From the NCBI GenBank assembly GCA_951406725.2, contig OX597824.1, forward strand, positions 65,224,001 through 65,288,000: a DNA stretch of 64,000 nucleotides, read 5' to 3'. This DNA comes from Octopus vulgaris. Lineage: Eukaryota. Every line of letters begins with the position of its first letter. The stretch's first letter is position 1. Under the pieces are notes generated by a model. It was not told the origin of the DNA. It ran no database searches and saw only the letters and a program-made list of their open reading frames with translations. Below are positions 50,221-64,000 of this stretch, piece by piece. A program made the translations under genes and the position numbers.

Positions 50221-50404
50221 TTAACATAGTTATTGGAAATCATTACTGGATTATCTGGGAACAATTCTTATGAAAAACTGGCATGCAATCTCAGGTGAGA
50301 TCTATTTCATAACTGTTTAATGCCATGTAACTCGAGCCAAGCACAGCACTAGTCTTTATGAACTGATTTGAGTTTAGAAACACTTACCTTAAAGCCTTTC
50401 ATTC

Positions 50405-50618
50405 TTTTCTACTCTAGGCACAAGGCTTGAAATTTTGGGGGAGGGGAGACAGTAGAATAGATCGACCCCAGTACACAAATGGTACTTAATTTATAGACCC
50501 CAAAATGATGAAAGGCAAAGTTGACCTTGGCGGAATTTGAACTCAGAATGTAAAGACAGACGAAATATCTCTAAGCATTTCGCCAGGCGTGCTAATGTTT
50601 CTACCAGCTCGCTGCTTC
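50405..50618 (-). mobile_element. SINE family B with target-site duplication
   Basis: Family B reverse complement. CTTAAAGCCTTTCATTCT occurs on both sides (~50388-50405 and ~50618-50635). Confidence 0.88.
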
Positions 50619-50940
50619 TTAAAGCCTTTCATTCTGTGGAAAGAATGTAGAATATAAGTGTAATGAGTGTAATCAGTCAAACAAATTAGTGCCAAAAAAA
50701 AAAAGAACAAAAACAAAAAACTAGTCATACGGATGCAAGCATGACTATGATGTTAAGAAGTCTGCTTCATGTCCATATGGTTCTGAATTTCATTTCACTG
50801 TGTGGTGTCATGGACAAATAGCTCATCCACTATAACCTTGGGTTACCCAATAACTTATAAGTGGAATTTAGTAGACAGGAATTGTGCAGAAACCTAGTGT
50901 GCACATACATGCGCATCATGTGAGTGTGTTTATCTATGCA

Positions 50941-50974
<34 letters not shown>

Positions 50975-51299
50975 GGCAATTAATGCATTAAATTAATAAT
51001 AATGTACATATGTATATATACGCATGTACATTATTATCAATTTAATGTATTAATTGACTATAAATCTTTATAGCATGCATTTATCCTTATATTCCTTTAT
51101 ATATATATATATCTGTGTGTGTGTGTAATAAGTAATGGGGTTGATATGATCAACTTGAAGGCAGTGTTTCAGTATGGCCAAACACCAATGATTGAAACCA
51201 GCTAATATAAAACCATAAATAAAAGAAAAATAGATACACAAATTTGTGCTTCTTATCTTTGGTAAAGCTTATAACTGATTTCCTACACTGGAACAAGGC

Positions 51300-52538
51300 T
51301 TTGTAATTGACATTCTAATGATACATTTAATCAATATTTACTCTTGGATATTTTTTCAGTCAATAATAAAATCAATTTTACAAACAAAGACATTAATTTT
51401 GACTCTTGTCTGGGAATTTCTTAACAAGAAAATCATCATTATTGTTACCATATGTTTTAGCATTTACATCACCAAGCTCTAATATGTGTGGGAGTCTATA
51501 CAATAGAATCCATTTATGTGCCTTAATTCCATGCAATCTTCATTTTTGGCCAAACTTCCATCAGGCTAATTAATCTTACTGCCAAAATACTCTTAGAGCC
51601 AATGAGGAAAGCTCTATATGTTTCCTTGGTGTTTCTTGAGATAGGAGACAGGATGGCTTCCCGAGTTATTTTCTTTCCTTTTATAAATTGAGTGTAAGCT
51701 AACATCATCATTTCATTCTCTGCCGGAGTTGATTTATCTAGTTGTAATGAAAATTGGCAGTCCTCAAAAAATTGTTAGATATGTGTGTCTTCCACATCAT
51801 TGCTTATTTTATCTATGCATCATTGTATTATTTTATTATTACTCAAAGGTATTTTATTATGCCAGTCACTAGTTTGTGCAACACAGTATGCAGAACCTTA
51901 CTAACAGCTGGCAAGATCAATTCTTTGCCAATAGCATCTGGTTTTCTGGATTTGGTAGTCAGTAATGTAATTTTATAAGAAGTATACAGCCCATCATTTT
52001 CTTTTATTGATGCAGAAAACATACTTAACAACATTGGCTGTTTGCAAAATTGGTCTTGAAGTGCTTTAAAATATGATAAATCTTTATTTATCTTGTCAGC
52101 ATGAATATTTTTAAGTGTTCTTCTAATCTTAAAGGTTTCATACATCCATTGGAAAACACTTTTTGGCAAATCAAGCACATTGATAATAGCTTGTTTGTAG
52201 GTGAGGGAATAAAGCCATATCTTAGATATTTGATGCTATGTTGCTAATATTTCTACTTTGGTTCTACAATGGTTATATCTATAAGAAATATGTTAATATA
52301 GGTATATACATTATTATTTTTTTTATTTATATTATTTATTAAATATGATCATGCTATCTTTCATTGAACACCATTGACAGTTTTTCAAGTAATTATTAAT
52401 TTGTATTCTTTATCCATTGACTCCCTCCTCACCCCCTTGCCTTCTGATGCTTCCTTTGTTCCCCCTTGCCTTTCAATATCCTTCTTGACTCTTCCAGCAT
52501 CCTCAAGAAAGCTGTAGTACCCACTTTGGGAATCATTG
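51300..52538 (-). mobile_element. Decayed hAT transposon, Buster/Charlie group
   Basis: Minus-strand TIR CAATGATTCCCAAAGTGGG at 52538. BED-finger remnant KYLRYGFIPSPTNKLLSMCLICQKVFSN. Also SYKITLLTTKSRKPDAIGKELILPAVSKVL and FSLQLDKST (LDEST catalytic motif). Confidence 0.85.
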
Positions 52539-53802
52539 TGGTAAAGTGTCACATTTGCAATACAGGCTTCCTAATACCTACTCTGTACAGAAAGATAATT
52601 CTTTTGTTAGCAACAATCACAGCAGTTATCCCTTTCTGCATTTAACAGTGTCACCCTTGAAAATAATTCTGTTTAAGCATGTTCACCTCTACAGCCCCTC
52701 AATTTACGAGAAGCCATTGAGGGAGCTGCTACATTGTCACTCAATCTGCTAGAAGTAGTATCCAGATCTTCTGCAAAACTCACACTACTTCCCTGCAAAA
52801 AAGAATACGATACACTGGGCTATGTGGCCTTGGTTATATATAAAGCTGGGATGATTGGCAATGAAATGTTGATCTTAAGTCTGTTTGATTGACTGATCTG
52901 GTGGTTAAATATGAATTTGATTATATTTACATATTTTAAACTCTTGAATTGCCTAAAAACAAATTCAATTATTAGTATTTAAAATACTATTGAAATCTTT
53001 TAATAATATTTTTCTTTTTTCATGCTGCGCCAAACTTTAAAATCTGTATCATTTTGGTTGCTAAAGCAACAGGTACCCATTCTTAGAAGTAAGATTTTTA
53101 CTTAGTTTGTATAGATGAAGGAAGAAAGTTAAACTACATTAGTCAGTAAATACTTACAACTTTACTGGTTTGACTCTTAAGTGTGAAGTTAGTGAAAGCT
53201 TTGATATCATGTTAATACATGTCAGTAAGGCAGTTTTCTTCTGAATGTGCTATTTTCTTTCAAAAAAATCTGAATGATCTTCACATATGTGTGTATTTAT
53301 TGTAAGACATTTAGATGTAAGATCACAGATGGACTCACTGTTTAAAAAAAGGAATAATAAGAAAAAGATTTCAGTAAAAATTATGTAAATAGGAAAAGTG
53401 TCCTAAATCATTTTTTTAATGATATATGATGAAATGTTCAGCCTGAATACATGCACAAGCATACACAAATGACAGACAGACAGACAGACATGCACACACA
53501 CACACATATGCACACACACACACACACACAGAGCTAACATTTTCATAAATGTTGAAAGGCAACTTTTGTGCAAAATCTTTTTCTTTTTCTAAATATTCTG
53601 AAAAAAAAAAAGAATATTTTCTCTGCAAAATGGTGGGACATTGCTTTTTGTAGTGCTTATAAATTGTGTGAAGTTAGTCTGGTACATGTTTTACTTGAAT
53701 TGTTTGTAGGTTGAAGAAAAGAATATGCAGAGAAGGTTTGGATTTCCAAAAGGATTTAGTTCTGGAAATTAAGAATTAAGCATAGTTTCTAGAAAACAGT
53801 TT

Positions 53803-53990
53803 AGGTAGTGAGTGGTAGAATTATTGGTGTTGGCAGCAATGCCTTATGGTATTTCTTTCAGCTCTTTACATTCTGGGTTCAAATCCTGCTAAAGTCAACT
53901 TTACCTTTTATCCTTCCAGGATCAATAAAATAAAACACCAATCAAGTACTGGAGTTGACAGCTTGTTGGTTTTATGCTTAAATTAGAAAC
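53803..53990 (+). mobile_element. SINE family B, diverged
   Basis: GGGTTCAAATCCTGCTAAAGTCAACTTTACCTTTTATCCTTCC. Confidence 0.7.
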
Positions 53991-55005
53991 AATTTAGAAT
54001 AGGATCTTGAAAGTGAAATACAATAGGAATGGCGAATATTGAATTACCTGGTAGGGGTTTTTATAGGGAAAGCATTTAGTTAATGTATTCAAAGGAGCAA
54101 AAAAAGGCTTGAGCATTTTAATTCTTATTAATTCCAGTTATTCCTGTTCTGTCAGGCTCAGAGCAGTCTCATTTTTTAAAGTCAACCCATCCTTAGTGAT
54201 TAAGATACACCTAGAATTCAAACCAATAATAGATTGTCAATGTAAGTTGTTTAATCTGATAGTACAGAAATCATTTCTCTTCAAATAAATCTTTGGCATC
54301 TTAATCTTACAATCTAGAACATGTCTAACACAAACAGAAACACTGTAACTAGAAATCTAATTACATGAACCTGATAATCAACTTGATAAAATTAAAAGTG
54401 TTTCTCAAGGAGTATTGTTCTAGGACTACAATTGTTATTTAGGTGAGTGAATTTTCAGGAATCCAATGGAAAATTTTTAGGAGATTGTTTTTAAGTTGAA
54501 AATTTTTTATTATTTATAATGTTTTGTGTTAAATTTATTTTCCTTAACAATGTTTTTTTAAAAGAAGTATGTTTAATGTTATGTAACAAACTGTGTTATA
54601 TATAATAATTTTTTAATGTGTGTCTGTGGGAATTGGATGGTGAACTAATAAAAGAGAGGGTACAGTAAAAGGGTTGAAAAGTGGTCTAGGCTATTTACAT
54701 AACGAGTTGTTTTGTTTATATCTACATGTGTGCATTTGCTTATATGTGTCTGAACATGTGCAACTGCATATTTTGAAAATGTCCCACATTTTAGAAGTTA
54801 TATAAATAAAAGATAAATAAATGTTTCAGAATTTTTTTCTTTTCTTCATTTATAAGAAATATTTATAAACACAAATCATAACTTTTATTTTCTTTACTGA
54901 TAACATAGAACACACACATAAATTTACTCTGACATATTTCTACATTTTATATCCTGTAGTAATATAAACCCTGGGAGGATATATTAACACTACATAACTA
55001 TAATG

Positions 55006-55051
<46 letters not shown>

Positions 55052-55939
55052 GATTAAGTTGGGAGGACTATATCTTAAGTATTAGGTTAATGTGTCTCCA
55101 CTAGCCGATTACATGGTTATTACTATTTGCAAAAGATCTGTATACAAAGGCTGTACAAAGTTAATCACTGCTAGAAATAACAACCAGACCTCCCTCAAAT
55201 CACATCTAAAATTTAAAAACAAAGGATTTCTTAAATAATGTAGTCCTAGGCACACTACATTTAAAATAAAAGAATATTTAAGGCTGGCATGTTTTTGGCT
55301 GGAACATACCTAGTATGTTTTGAACCAATGAAAGGTTTCTACATAATTGTTTAGCCTATTAGGAATAGCAGTCAAAACTCTCATATAAATCTCATACTAA
55401 CATCTTAAAAAAGGAAGGACACATTGGACAATATAGTTCTAGATATACGAAAAGATGAGATGGTCATGGTTGGAACATCTTTAAAAGGTCTGCTTGATCA
55501 TGACTGGCCTGAGACTAAACAGCAACAACCCTTTCTAAAACTCATTTTTAAAAACTGCTTTGAATTTCATGTGAGAGATTGATAAAGAAATTTTTTATAA
55601 TTTCATAGAAGTTCTTGAATAACATGATGGCTATCTGTAATTTGCTAAGGTGATAAGACTACTAAATTTATAGTTCAAGTGTTCACTTGAGTGCTTTAAA
55701 TTGGTTAACCCTATAATACCTGTTGATAATTCTTGAAATACTTTGCCATTATTGGAAGAAAAAAGAGTAGGTCAAGAGCTTGGATAAGTTCTAAGAATTC
55801 TTTGTTTGAATACTGTTATTGCATGCAAGAAATCATGTTTTTTACATGTTTTTCTATGCTAGCATGCGTTAGAAGAATACATTATTGATATACTGTTTTA
55901 TGGCTGGATGCCTTTTCTGACTAACAGATCATACACAAC

Positions 55940-55942
<3 letters not shown>

Positions 55943-56003
<61 letters not shown>
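55943..56003 (+). repeat. (GA)n microsatellite
   Basis: About 30 perfect units. Confidence 0.95.
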
Positions 56004-56006
<3 letters not shown>

Positions 56007-56241
56007 GTGGATGTGTGTGTATTAATGTTGAACTTTTACACTGGCATTGCATTGTATTTCATATACAAGATTCATAACCCTTGGCTATCTCAATTTGCTT
56101 ATCAGGAAAATTAGAGGCTGCAGTTTCTTCTTGGTTTGAAACCATTTACTCTGACAATCTGTAGAAGATATCTAAATTTGCTAAATTAGTAAACATTTAC
56201 TAATATAAATTAATTATTGCAATACATGTGCATGCATGCGT

Positions 56242-56344
<103 letters not shown>

Positions 56345-56435
56345 CCAACCCATGCCAGTATGGAAAAATGGACTTTAAATGATGATCAACAACAAATAAA
56401 AGAATAACAATAACCAACTTCTCAATCAAATTTAA

Positions 56436-56654
56436 CCCTTTGGCATTTAAACTGCCGATAACTGGCTGAAATAGTCTACCTGTTTAATGTTCAGGCTAGC
56501 CAGATCCAACCTCTCATACCAACCTTACAATGCCATTCTAAAAACAAACAATCATATCCTCCAAATCTTGAAGCTACAAGATAATATATGACTAATTCAA
56601 AACAATGTGAAAAATAAGCATTACATTTGACAGAGTGATCTGCATGCAAAAGGG
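56436..56654 (+). mobile_element. piggyBac-like MITE
   Basis: TTAA|CCCTTTGGCAT ... ATGCAAAAGGG|TTAA. Confidence 0.85.
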
Positions 56655-58418
56655 TTAAACAATTTGAGAACTCTTCAAGTTTCTGTATTTTTCTTTTGTG
56701 GATGCTAGTACACGTTCACTCACTCATACACACACACACACACACACACACACTTTTACTCTCATACACACACTCTTTTTCTCTTTCTCATATGCATGCA
56801 TACATGGGTGCACACATACACATATACAGAGCTGCTATTTATTTTGTTAATCAATTTAACAAATTCTATTATAGAGTAGAAAATGTACATTAGACACAAT
56901 ACATCTAAGAGTATTTAATCATCAAAGTGCTAATGAGATGGTAGTGATGGCAGAGATTGTGGAATAGAGTTGCTTGTAATGGTAGGGATGTAGTAATAAT
57001 CATAGTGGAGATGGTTAAGGTAAATATTAGAAGTGTCTGATTGGGGTAATAATGGTAGTTGGGGTGTTGGAAGTGGTCTTCAAAATACTGGTAGTCTGGT
57101 GATGTTTGGTGACTGGTGATAAGCCCCAGGTCATCCCTTATTGAGCAGACTGTTGATCAAAGGCATTCCAATCATAACATCCTGTCTTTTGGGGATTACA
57201 TTGTCCAATTATCCAGTCTATCCTTTCCCTTCCCAAGGTGGTAGGGTATGATTTGAAAGAGAATAGCCGGTATTTCTAGTAGGTTGAGCAATCATGCAAA
57301 GACTCACTTATTTACTTGAATAATTATGATTGTTGTTTGATTCCCAGATCAGCTTTATTAATCAAACTTTTTATCAGAGGTACTCCAACGACGACCATCT
57401 AAGGTCAGGTTACCCAACATGCTCTTTTCTAAGACCACAGGAAAAGATTTGAGAGAATTTGGTTATTATTTTTAGCAGGTTGAGCAACTATGTAGATGCT
57501 GCCTCTATCATTTGAATAACCATAATAGAGAGTGGTAGCATATATAGTGATGGTAGTAGTGTAATTAATAGATACTAGCCATGGTGGTTGTTGAAATATA
57601 GCTGTAGTGGTAGTGTAGTGTAGCCTTAGTGATGATGATAAAAATGATGTGGTGTTGGCGCTATTAATGAAGGTTGCGGTAACAATGATAGTTATAATAG
57701 AACAGAAAAAGAATCACTTAAATCAGATCATATAGAGCATTATCAATATGAATTTTATAAAAATCAACATTTGATTTACCTCAGAGTTCTGGTTAGTTAG
57801 ACATTTTTAACAAACAAAAAAAAATGTATAGAATATTTTTTCTTTTTATATTTTTACTATTGTTCATTTTTCTCTTGCTTTTTGTTTTCTAAAACCATAA
57901 CTGTGCCAGAATTGTGTTTTCTGTTTAATGGGAAAATAGTTTAAAAGTTTGTGATGTTAATAGTTTTCAAATGAAGAATGACTTTCCATTTACTGATCTC
58001 TAGTCTATTATACAAAACTTTACCTCAGCAAGCTGCTGTTTATCTCTTAAAAAGCCTTCTTTCAGTCTATTTAAAATAAGCACTGGGGTGGAACTAGTAA
58101 TTTATATTGGTGTTGGTGCTGTTGTTGTAGTAGTGGAGGTGGTGGTAAATAACAGCGGGGGGTGAGAGAAGAAAGCCAGGCTAATGGCTAAGAGGTTCAT
58201 GAGAACCTCTTAGTGTGTATGAAAACACAATATAATTAGGTTACATTCTGGTATGTATATATATTTTGTAAAAAAACATACAAGCATGTTAATGATTTAT
58301 TCTGTTGCTCCAGGTTTCACTTCTGTGTGTTCAGGTGACGAAGTGTAAATAAATTTTATTGCATGTATTGAGTACTCCTCTTTGGAAATCCAAATATTCC
58401 CGTTTGTCTGTCTCCTTC

Positions 58419-58489
<71 letters not shown>

Positions 58490-58492
<3 letters not shown>

Positions 58493-58872
58493 TGCAGGTG
58501 TGGTTGTGTGGTTAGAAGATTGCTTCTGAACCACGTGGTAGCAGGTTCAGTTCCACTGCATGGCATCTTGGTCAAGTGTCTTCCATTATAGCCTTGGGCT
58601 GACCAAAGACTTCTAAGTGGATTTAGTAGATGGAAACTGAAAGAAGCCTGTTGTGTGTGTGTGTGTGTGTACGTGCGTGTATGTCTGTGTCTGTCCTCCT
58701 AGCATCACTTGACAACCAATGTTGGTGTGTTTATGTCCCCATAACTTAGCGGTTCAGCAAAAGAAGCCAATAGATTAAGTACTAGCTTACAAAGAATAAG
58801 TCCTGGGGTCAATTTGTTCAACTAAAGGCAGTGCTCCAGGATGGCCATCAAATGATTGAAACAAGTAAAAGA
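58490..58872 (+). mobile_element. SINE family A, full length
   Basis: Collinear with 44470-44860. Confidence 0.85.
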
Positions 58873-58922
58873 ATATATATATATATATATTGATCATTTC
58901 ATTTATATATATATATATATAT

Positions 58923-59766
58923 TATCATCATCGTCATTTAACGTCCGCTTTCCATGCTAGCATGGGTTGGACGGTTCAACTGGGGCCTGGGGAGCCTGAA
59001 GGCTGCACCAGGCCAGTCAGATCTGGCAGTGTTTCTACAGCTGGATGCCCTTCCTAATGCCAACCACTCCGAGAGTGTAGTGGGTGATTTTATGTGCCAC
59101 CGACACAGGTGCCAGACGAGGCTGGCGAACGGCCACGCTCGGATGGTGTTTTTTATGTGCCACCGACACAGGTGCCAGACGAGGCTGGCAGACGGCCACG
59201 CTCGGATGGTGTTTTTATGTGCCACAGACACAGGTGCCAGATGAGGCTGGCGAACGGCCATGTTCGGATGGTGTTTGTTACGTGCCCACAGCACGGAGGC
59301 CAGTCGATGCGGTACTGGCTACGGCCACGTTCGAATGGTTTTCTTGTGTGCCACCGGCACTGGTACCACAAAGATACAAATTCCATTGATGTTCATCTAT
59401 TTTGATTTGTTTTGATTTTCACTTGCCTCAACAGGTCTTCACAAGTGTCACAAGAAGGAAGGTATGCACAGGTGGACTGACTACGTCCCAGGTAGGGGCC
59501 ACGGGTTATGGCCTGACTAGTCTTGCCGGGTCTTCGGATGGTGTTTTTATGTGCCACCGACATAGGTGCCAGATGAGGCTGGCGAACGGCCACGATCGGA
59601 TGGTGTTTGTTACGTGCCCACAGCACGGAGGCCAGTCGATGCGGTACTGGCTACGGTCACGTTCGGATGGTTTTCTTGTGTGCCACCGGCACTGGTACCA
59701 CAAAGATACAAATTCCATTGATGTTCATCTATTTTGATTTGTTTTGATTTGATTTGATTTGATTTG
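58923..59766 (-). mobile_element. Young RTE 3' UTR fragment with internal ~217-bp re-duplication
   Basis: Near-identical to 42195-42846. Segment 59202-59418 is repeated at 59534-59750. Confidence 0.9.
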
Positions 59767-59845
59767 AACACCCCACTATAATGTTAACTGCTCTACACTT
59801 TAGGTGTGCTTCTCCTCTAAATTTATGCATTTCTACAAACAATCC

Positions 59846-59880
<35 letters not shown>

Positions 59881-60578
59881 ACATACATTTAGTATTTCTT
59901 GATCCTAACTTGACATTCTGATGAGCTGAGTATAACATTATGGCCATATTGTAAATGTTGCTTTTTATCTAATGATAAATAAGCAGGTATATAAAGTAAC
60001 TGAGGGTATTTATCTAGGGATGCCTTACAAATAAAAGACTATTTATTTAGTTTCATTGTAAAACTGCAGTCTATAGTTAGGCAATATTTTTTTCTTTTTT
60101 CAGCTGGGAGTAAGACTGAAAGACTAAATCAGATATATATATATATAACCTATGCTAATTACTCAAGTAATTGATGTCAGTCTGTCAACATATTATTATT
60201 ATGTAAATAAGTTGTTTAAATTTTAATAAGTAGTTCTTTGTTTGCTACTATCATTTGGTGATAGTAGTAAATAAATCCTGATGATTTATGCAAATGGTAA
60301 AACTTGTTGGCTTGATCCTCATGCCAAGCTGCCTGAAATAAATCCTTCACAGAATGATTATGTATGAGTATGACTGTATACATATCTATTCACAGATGAT
60401 GTCCGACCCATACCAGTATGGAAAGCAGACATTAGATAATGATGATGATGATGGTGGTAGTGTTGGTGGTACTCTAGTAATCAATTACTAGAGACTACAC
60501 AAATTTTAGATTTGTATAACTTTTCTCTTTGTACAGTATATTATATGCAGCATATACATTCATATCTATATATGTGTG

Positions 60579-60632
<54 letters not shown>

Positions 60633-61292
60633 CATGCACACATGCATATACTTACACAAGTGGAGATATAGACACTTTTAAACATATACACAATTACTCC
60701 CATCCCTGTACATAAACATACATATATGTACACTCACATAAAATACTACAAATCAAATAGAAGTTCACTTTCCTCTACTCATATTTTGAACTATAATTTG
60801 CTTGGGATTTATGAAAGAAAAATGTAACAAAAAAACAAAACAAAACAAATGAAATTTTCCACTAACATCAGCTTTCAAATATTGCTTGTGAGCAGCGTGA
60901 CTTTAGTGAAGTTAATGCCATTAAGATAGGAACAAATGGATTCTCAGAAATACCGGAACAAGCTTCTTTGATGAGTTTCAGTGAGAAGAAATCTGAATGG
61001 TCATAGCAGCTGTATGTAATGTCTGAATGGAAGTGAAGAAAGACATTGTGAGCAAGAATTCTGTAGTCAACAAATAAAATTCATTGGTTAGAATTAGATT
61101 CAGAAGGGACATAGCTTTCAAAGAAATTTTTGGTTCTTGGAAAGGAGAAAAAAAAATATGGGAAATAAATACCAAAGGAAAGGAAAATATGTGCCTTTGA
61201 TTAAAGACTGACTTGAAAATATTGCCTGCATACAGATGTTAACAATGTTCCTATTGAGATGTTATGAATCTAAGAAATTATTATTATTATTA

Positions 61293-62140
61293 AGGTGGCA
61301 TGCTGGCAGAATTGTTAGTGCACCGGACAAAATTCTTAGTGGCATTCTTCCAGCTTTATATTCTGAGTTCAAATTCCACCAATATTCTGAGTTCAAACTT
61401 TGCCTTTCATCCTTTCAGGGGTTGATGAAACAAGAGTCAGTTGATCACTGTGGTCAATGTAATTGATTATTACCCCTTCCTTAAAATTTCTGGCCTTGTG
61501 CCTTTAGTAGAAAGGATTATTATTATCATCATCATCATTGTCATCTAAGGCAGCAAGCTGGCAGAATCGTATACCAGATGGAATACTGAGCAGCATTTCA
61601 TCTGTCTTCACATTCTGAGTTCAAATTCTGCTGAGGTTGGCTTTGCCTTTCATCCTCTCGGGGTTAATAAACTAAGTACTAGTGGAACACTGGGGTCGAT
61701 GTAATCAACTAGTCTCTTCCCCCAAAATTTTAGGCCTTGTGCCTTTAGTAGAAAGGATTATTATTAAGGTAGCAAGCTGGCAAAATTGTAAGTACACCAA
61801 ACAAAATGCTGAGCTGCATTTTGTTCTGAGTTCAATTCTGTTGAGGTTGACATTACCTTTCACCCTTTTGGGGTCAATAAAATAAGTACCAGTTCAGCAA
61901 TAAGGTTGATGTTATTAACCAGCTCCACCCCACCCAAAAAAAAAAAAAAATTTAAGGCCTTGTACTTACACAGAATTATTATAGTTATTATTGTTATTTT
62001 ATTATAATCATCTTCACTATTATAAAGTGTGGTGGAGCAACAGAAATGAGTATCGGTTAAATTAAATATGTTTTGATATTTAGAATTCAGTATCTTTTAG
62101 ATTCTGAGTTCAAACTTGGCCCTTCATCCCTCCAGGGTTA
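61293..62140 (+). mobile_element. Head-to-tail array of SINE family B (61293, 61548, 61768 and a diverged copy at ~62028)
   Basis: Each unit starts AAGG...CTGGCAGAA and ends GGCCTTGTGCCTTTAGTAGAAAGGATTATTATT or similar. Confidence 0.85.
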
Positions 62141-62302
62141 CTATATCCTGTTCTTTCTAAATATGAATCTTTGATCTAATGTTAGAAATTATAATGTCTA
62201 ACATTAGAAATTGATAACATAACTCACACCTGTGACCTTCTGCTGAAGGCAAGTTAGAAATCCTAATTATTATTGTTGCTTTTGTTGTTATATTGTTCAT
62301 AA

Positions 62303-62550
62303 CTGAAGAAGCCTGTCGTATATATGTGTGTGTGTGTGTGTATGTACGTGCATGTGTGTGTGTGTTTGTCCCTCCAACATCGCTTGACAACTGATGGTGG
62401 TGTGTTTACGTCCCCGTAACTTAGTGGTTCAGCAAAACAGACCGATAGAATAAGTACTAGGCTAATAAAGAATAAGTCCTGGGGTTGATTTTTTCGACTA
62501 AAGGTGGTGCTCCAGCATGGCCGCAGTCAAATGAATAAAAGAATAAAGAA
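62303..62550 (+). mobile_element. SINE family A, 5'-truncated
   Basis: Matches the 44610-44860 part of the reference copy. Confidence 0.85.
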
Positions 62551-62869
62551 ATATGCAATAGTATTGAATTGCCACATCTTCATACTCAATGATGAAAATG
62601 GAGGTGTATACAGGGGACAACTTTCCCCTACTTTTCAGCTCATGAGGTGGGGGCTTATATAATCTTATCCCCACCTTCTTTCCAACTTCAACTTCATGGA
62701 TTTTAACATCACTCTAGTTCCTAAAACCATTTACAGTATTGTTCATAGTGAGATAACAATGAAAATTGTTTTCATGAAAGAAATAGATTTCAGTCTACCG
62801 TTTGATGTTACTGGTAGAATTGTGTATATTGTAGAGCTAGAAACTAGAGCTAGTGGTGGTGATAAATGG

Positions 62870-63185
62870 CTTGGCTTCGTGCTCTTGCTTGATGGGGCTG
62901 GGGCCAATCCAAGTTAGTAGTCCCAAAGGAGTCATCATGCATATAACTGACCAAGTCCACAGTGCTTTTCATTGTTGGTGGTCCCATGCCAGTCCTTCTG
63001 CATCCTCCAAGGTGATGTCAAATGTCTGGAGATTTTCCCCAATCACATCCAGCCATCTGGTGAGGGGCCTGCCACAGGGCCTCTTCCAGCCTGCAGCTGC
63101 TGCGTTGAATGAGAGTAAAGCCCTGGTAAAAGAAAGAGAACCAGATTAAGTAGGTATCAATCGGCCTTTGGATATAGTAGTTGAT
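62870..63185 (-). mobile_element. 3' fragment of a second RTE-like LINE family
   Basis: Minus strand encodes AAGWKRPCGRPLTRWLDVIGENLQTFDITLEDAEGLAWD, the typical RTE C-terminal R.xGRP..RW.D motif. Confidence 0.7.
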
Positions 63186-63948
63186 GGTGGTTGGAGTGCT
63201 GTTGACATAGATGAATATTATGCATCTTGTGTAGAAGAAGCTTTGCAGTGAAGTGTTTAGTTCAGGTTGTAATTCAATGAAAAAGAGTTTGCATGCTATC
63301 AGTAGTTTGTGGAAATCTTTATGTAATATAGTGCAATCATGTTTTTTCTAACCACCACCAACCACCAACTCTTCTTTTTCGTCTTTCTCCTCCTCTCCTT
63401 CTCTTCCTTTTCCTTCCCCCCCTCTTCATCCTTTCCTCCCTCTCCTTCTCTTCTTCCTCCTCCCTCTCCTGATCTCCCTCTTAAATGTAGGTCACTGGTA
63501 GTTTCTTGGTAGCAATATTACTTTTTGTGTACTCAATACATGTTTTTTATGTAAACAGAAAGCAAATCTTGCATAACATTTTCCTCACTTTTCTTTCTTT
63601 CCTTTTTTTTCTTTTTACTTATATGCTATTATATTCTATTTTTAAATTAGTACCTTGTGACATCAAGAATAATTGAAGAGCAATTTTTTTACTTTCCATA
63701 CTTGGTTTCTTAATAAAGGATTAAAGTTAATCTGAACAGCTGTGGACTGAAAACCCAGTGTATTGTTATTTTTTAAAATTCTCTCCAATAAGACTTTCTT
63801 ATTCATTCTATCAATAACTTCAGCTACTCTGCTGGATTAAACACTTTTAGCAGTTTGAGAATTTATTGACTTATATATATATATATATATATCAATAGTA
63901 CTAAAATTCTAGAGATGTTATTGTGTACTCAAAATATCAGAAACGGTA

Positions 63949-64000
63949 TTGGGTTGGTGCATAATTATAGTGGCTTGTTTTCAACAAATTTTATTCAACA
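63949..64000 (+). mobile_element. Probable mariner-type terminal inverted repeat (element runs off the window)
   Basis: TA|TTGGGTTGGTGCATAA resembles mariner TIR starts. The partner TIR is not in the window. Confidence 0.5.

Noticed and set aside
59915-59945. CTGATGAG box
   Set aside because: No downstream stem II or GAAA box.

Overview
AT-rich, microsatellite-dense eukaryotic DNA. The SINE/LINE repertoire and gene style suggest a coleoid cephalopod, most likely Octopus (inference). The only host coding sequence is the ~3.7-kb first coding exon of a Flamingo/starry night/CELSR adhesion-GPCR cadherin (19026-22692, +). It encodes a signal peptide, a prodomain, a furin site and nine cadherin repeats. 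A first intron follows that runs past the window end (>41 kb). The rest is transposon debris: mariner, maT/Tc1, Tigger/pogo, hAT-Buster, piggyBac- and Kolobok-like MITEs, non-autonomous Helitrons, RTE and L1/Tx1-like LINE fragments, a Penelope-like RT fragment and at least four SINE families. The most notable unannotated signal is five hammerhead-ribozyme-like motifs; four lie within ~3.7 kb upstream of the CELSR start codon, including a tandem minimal pair. Other notable items are an inverted pair of young Helitrons, a long palindrome at the promoter, locally templated insertions and nested insertions. No prokaryotic system or CRISPR array is present. Repeat boundaries were read by eye and are approximate unless termini are quoted.
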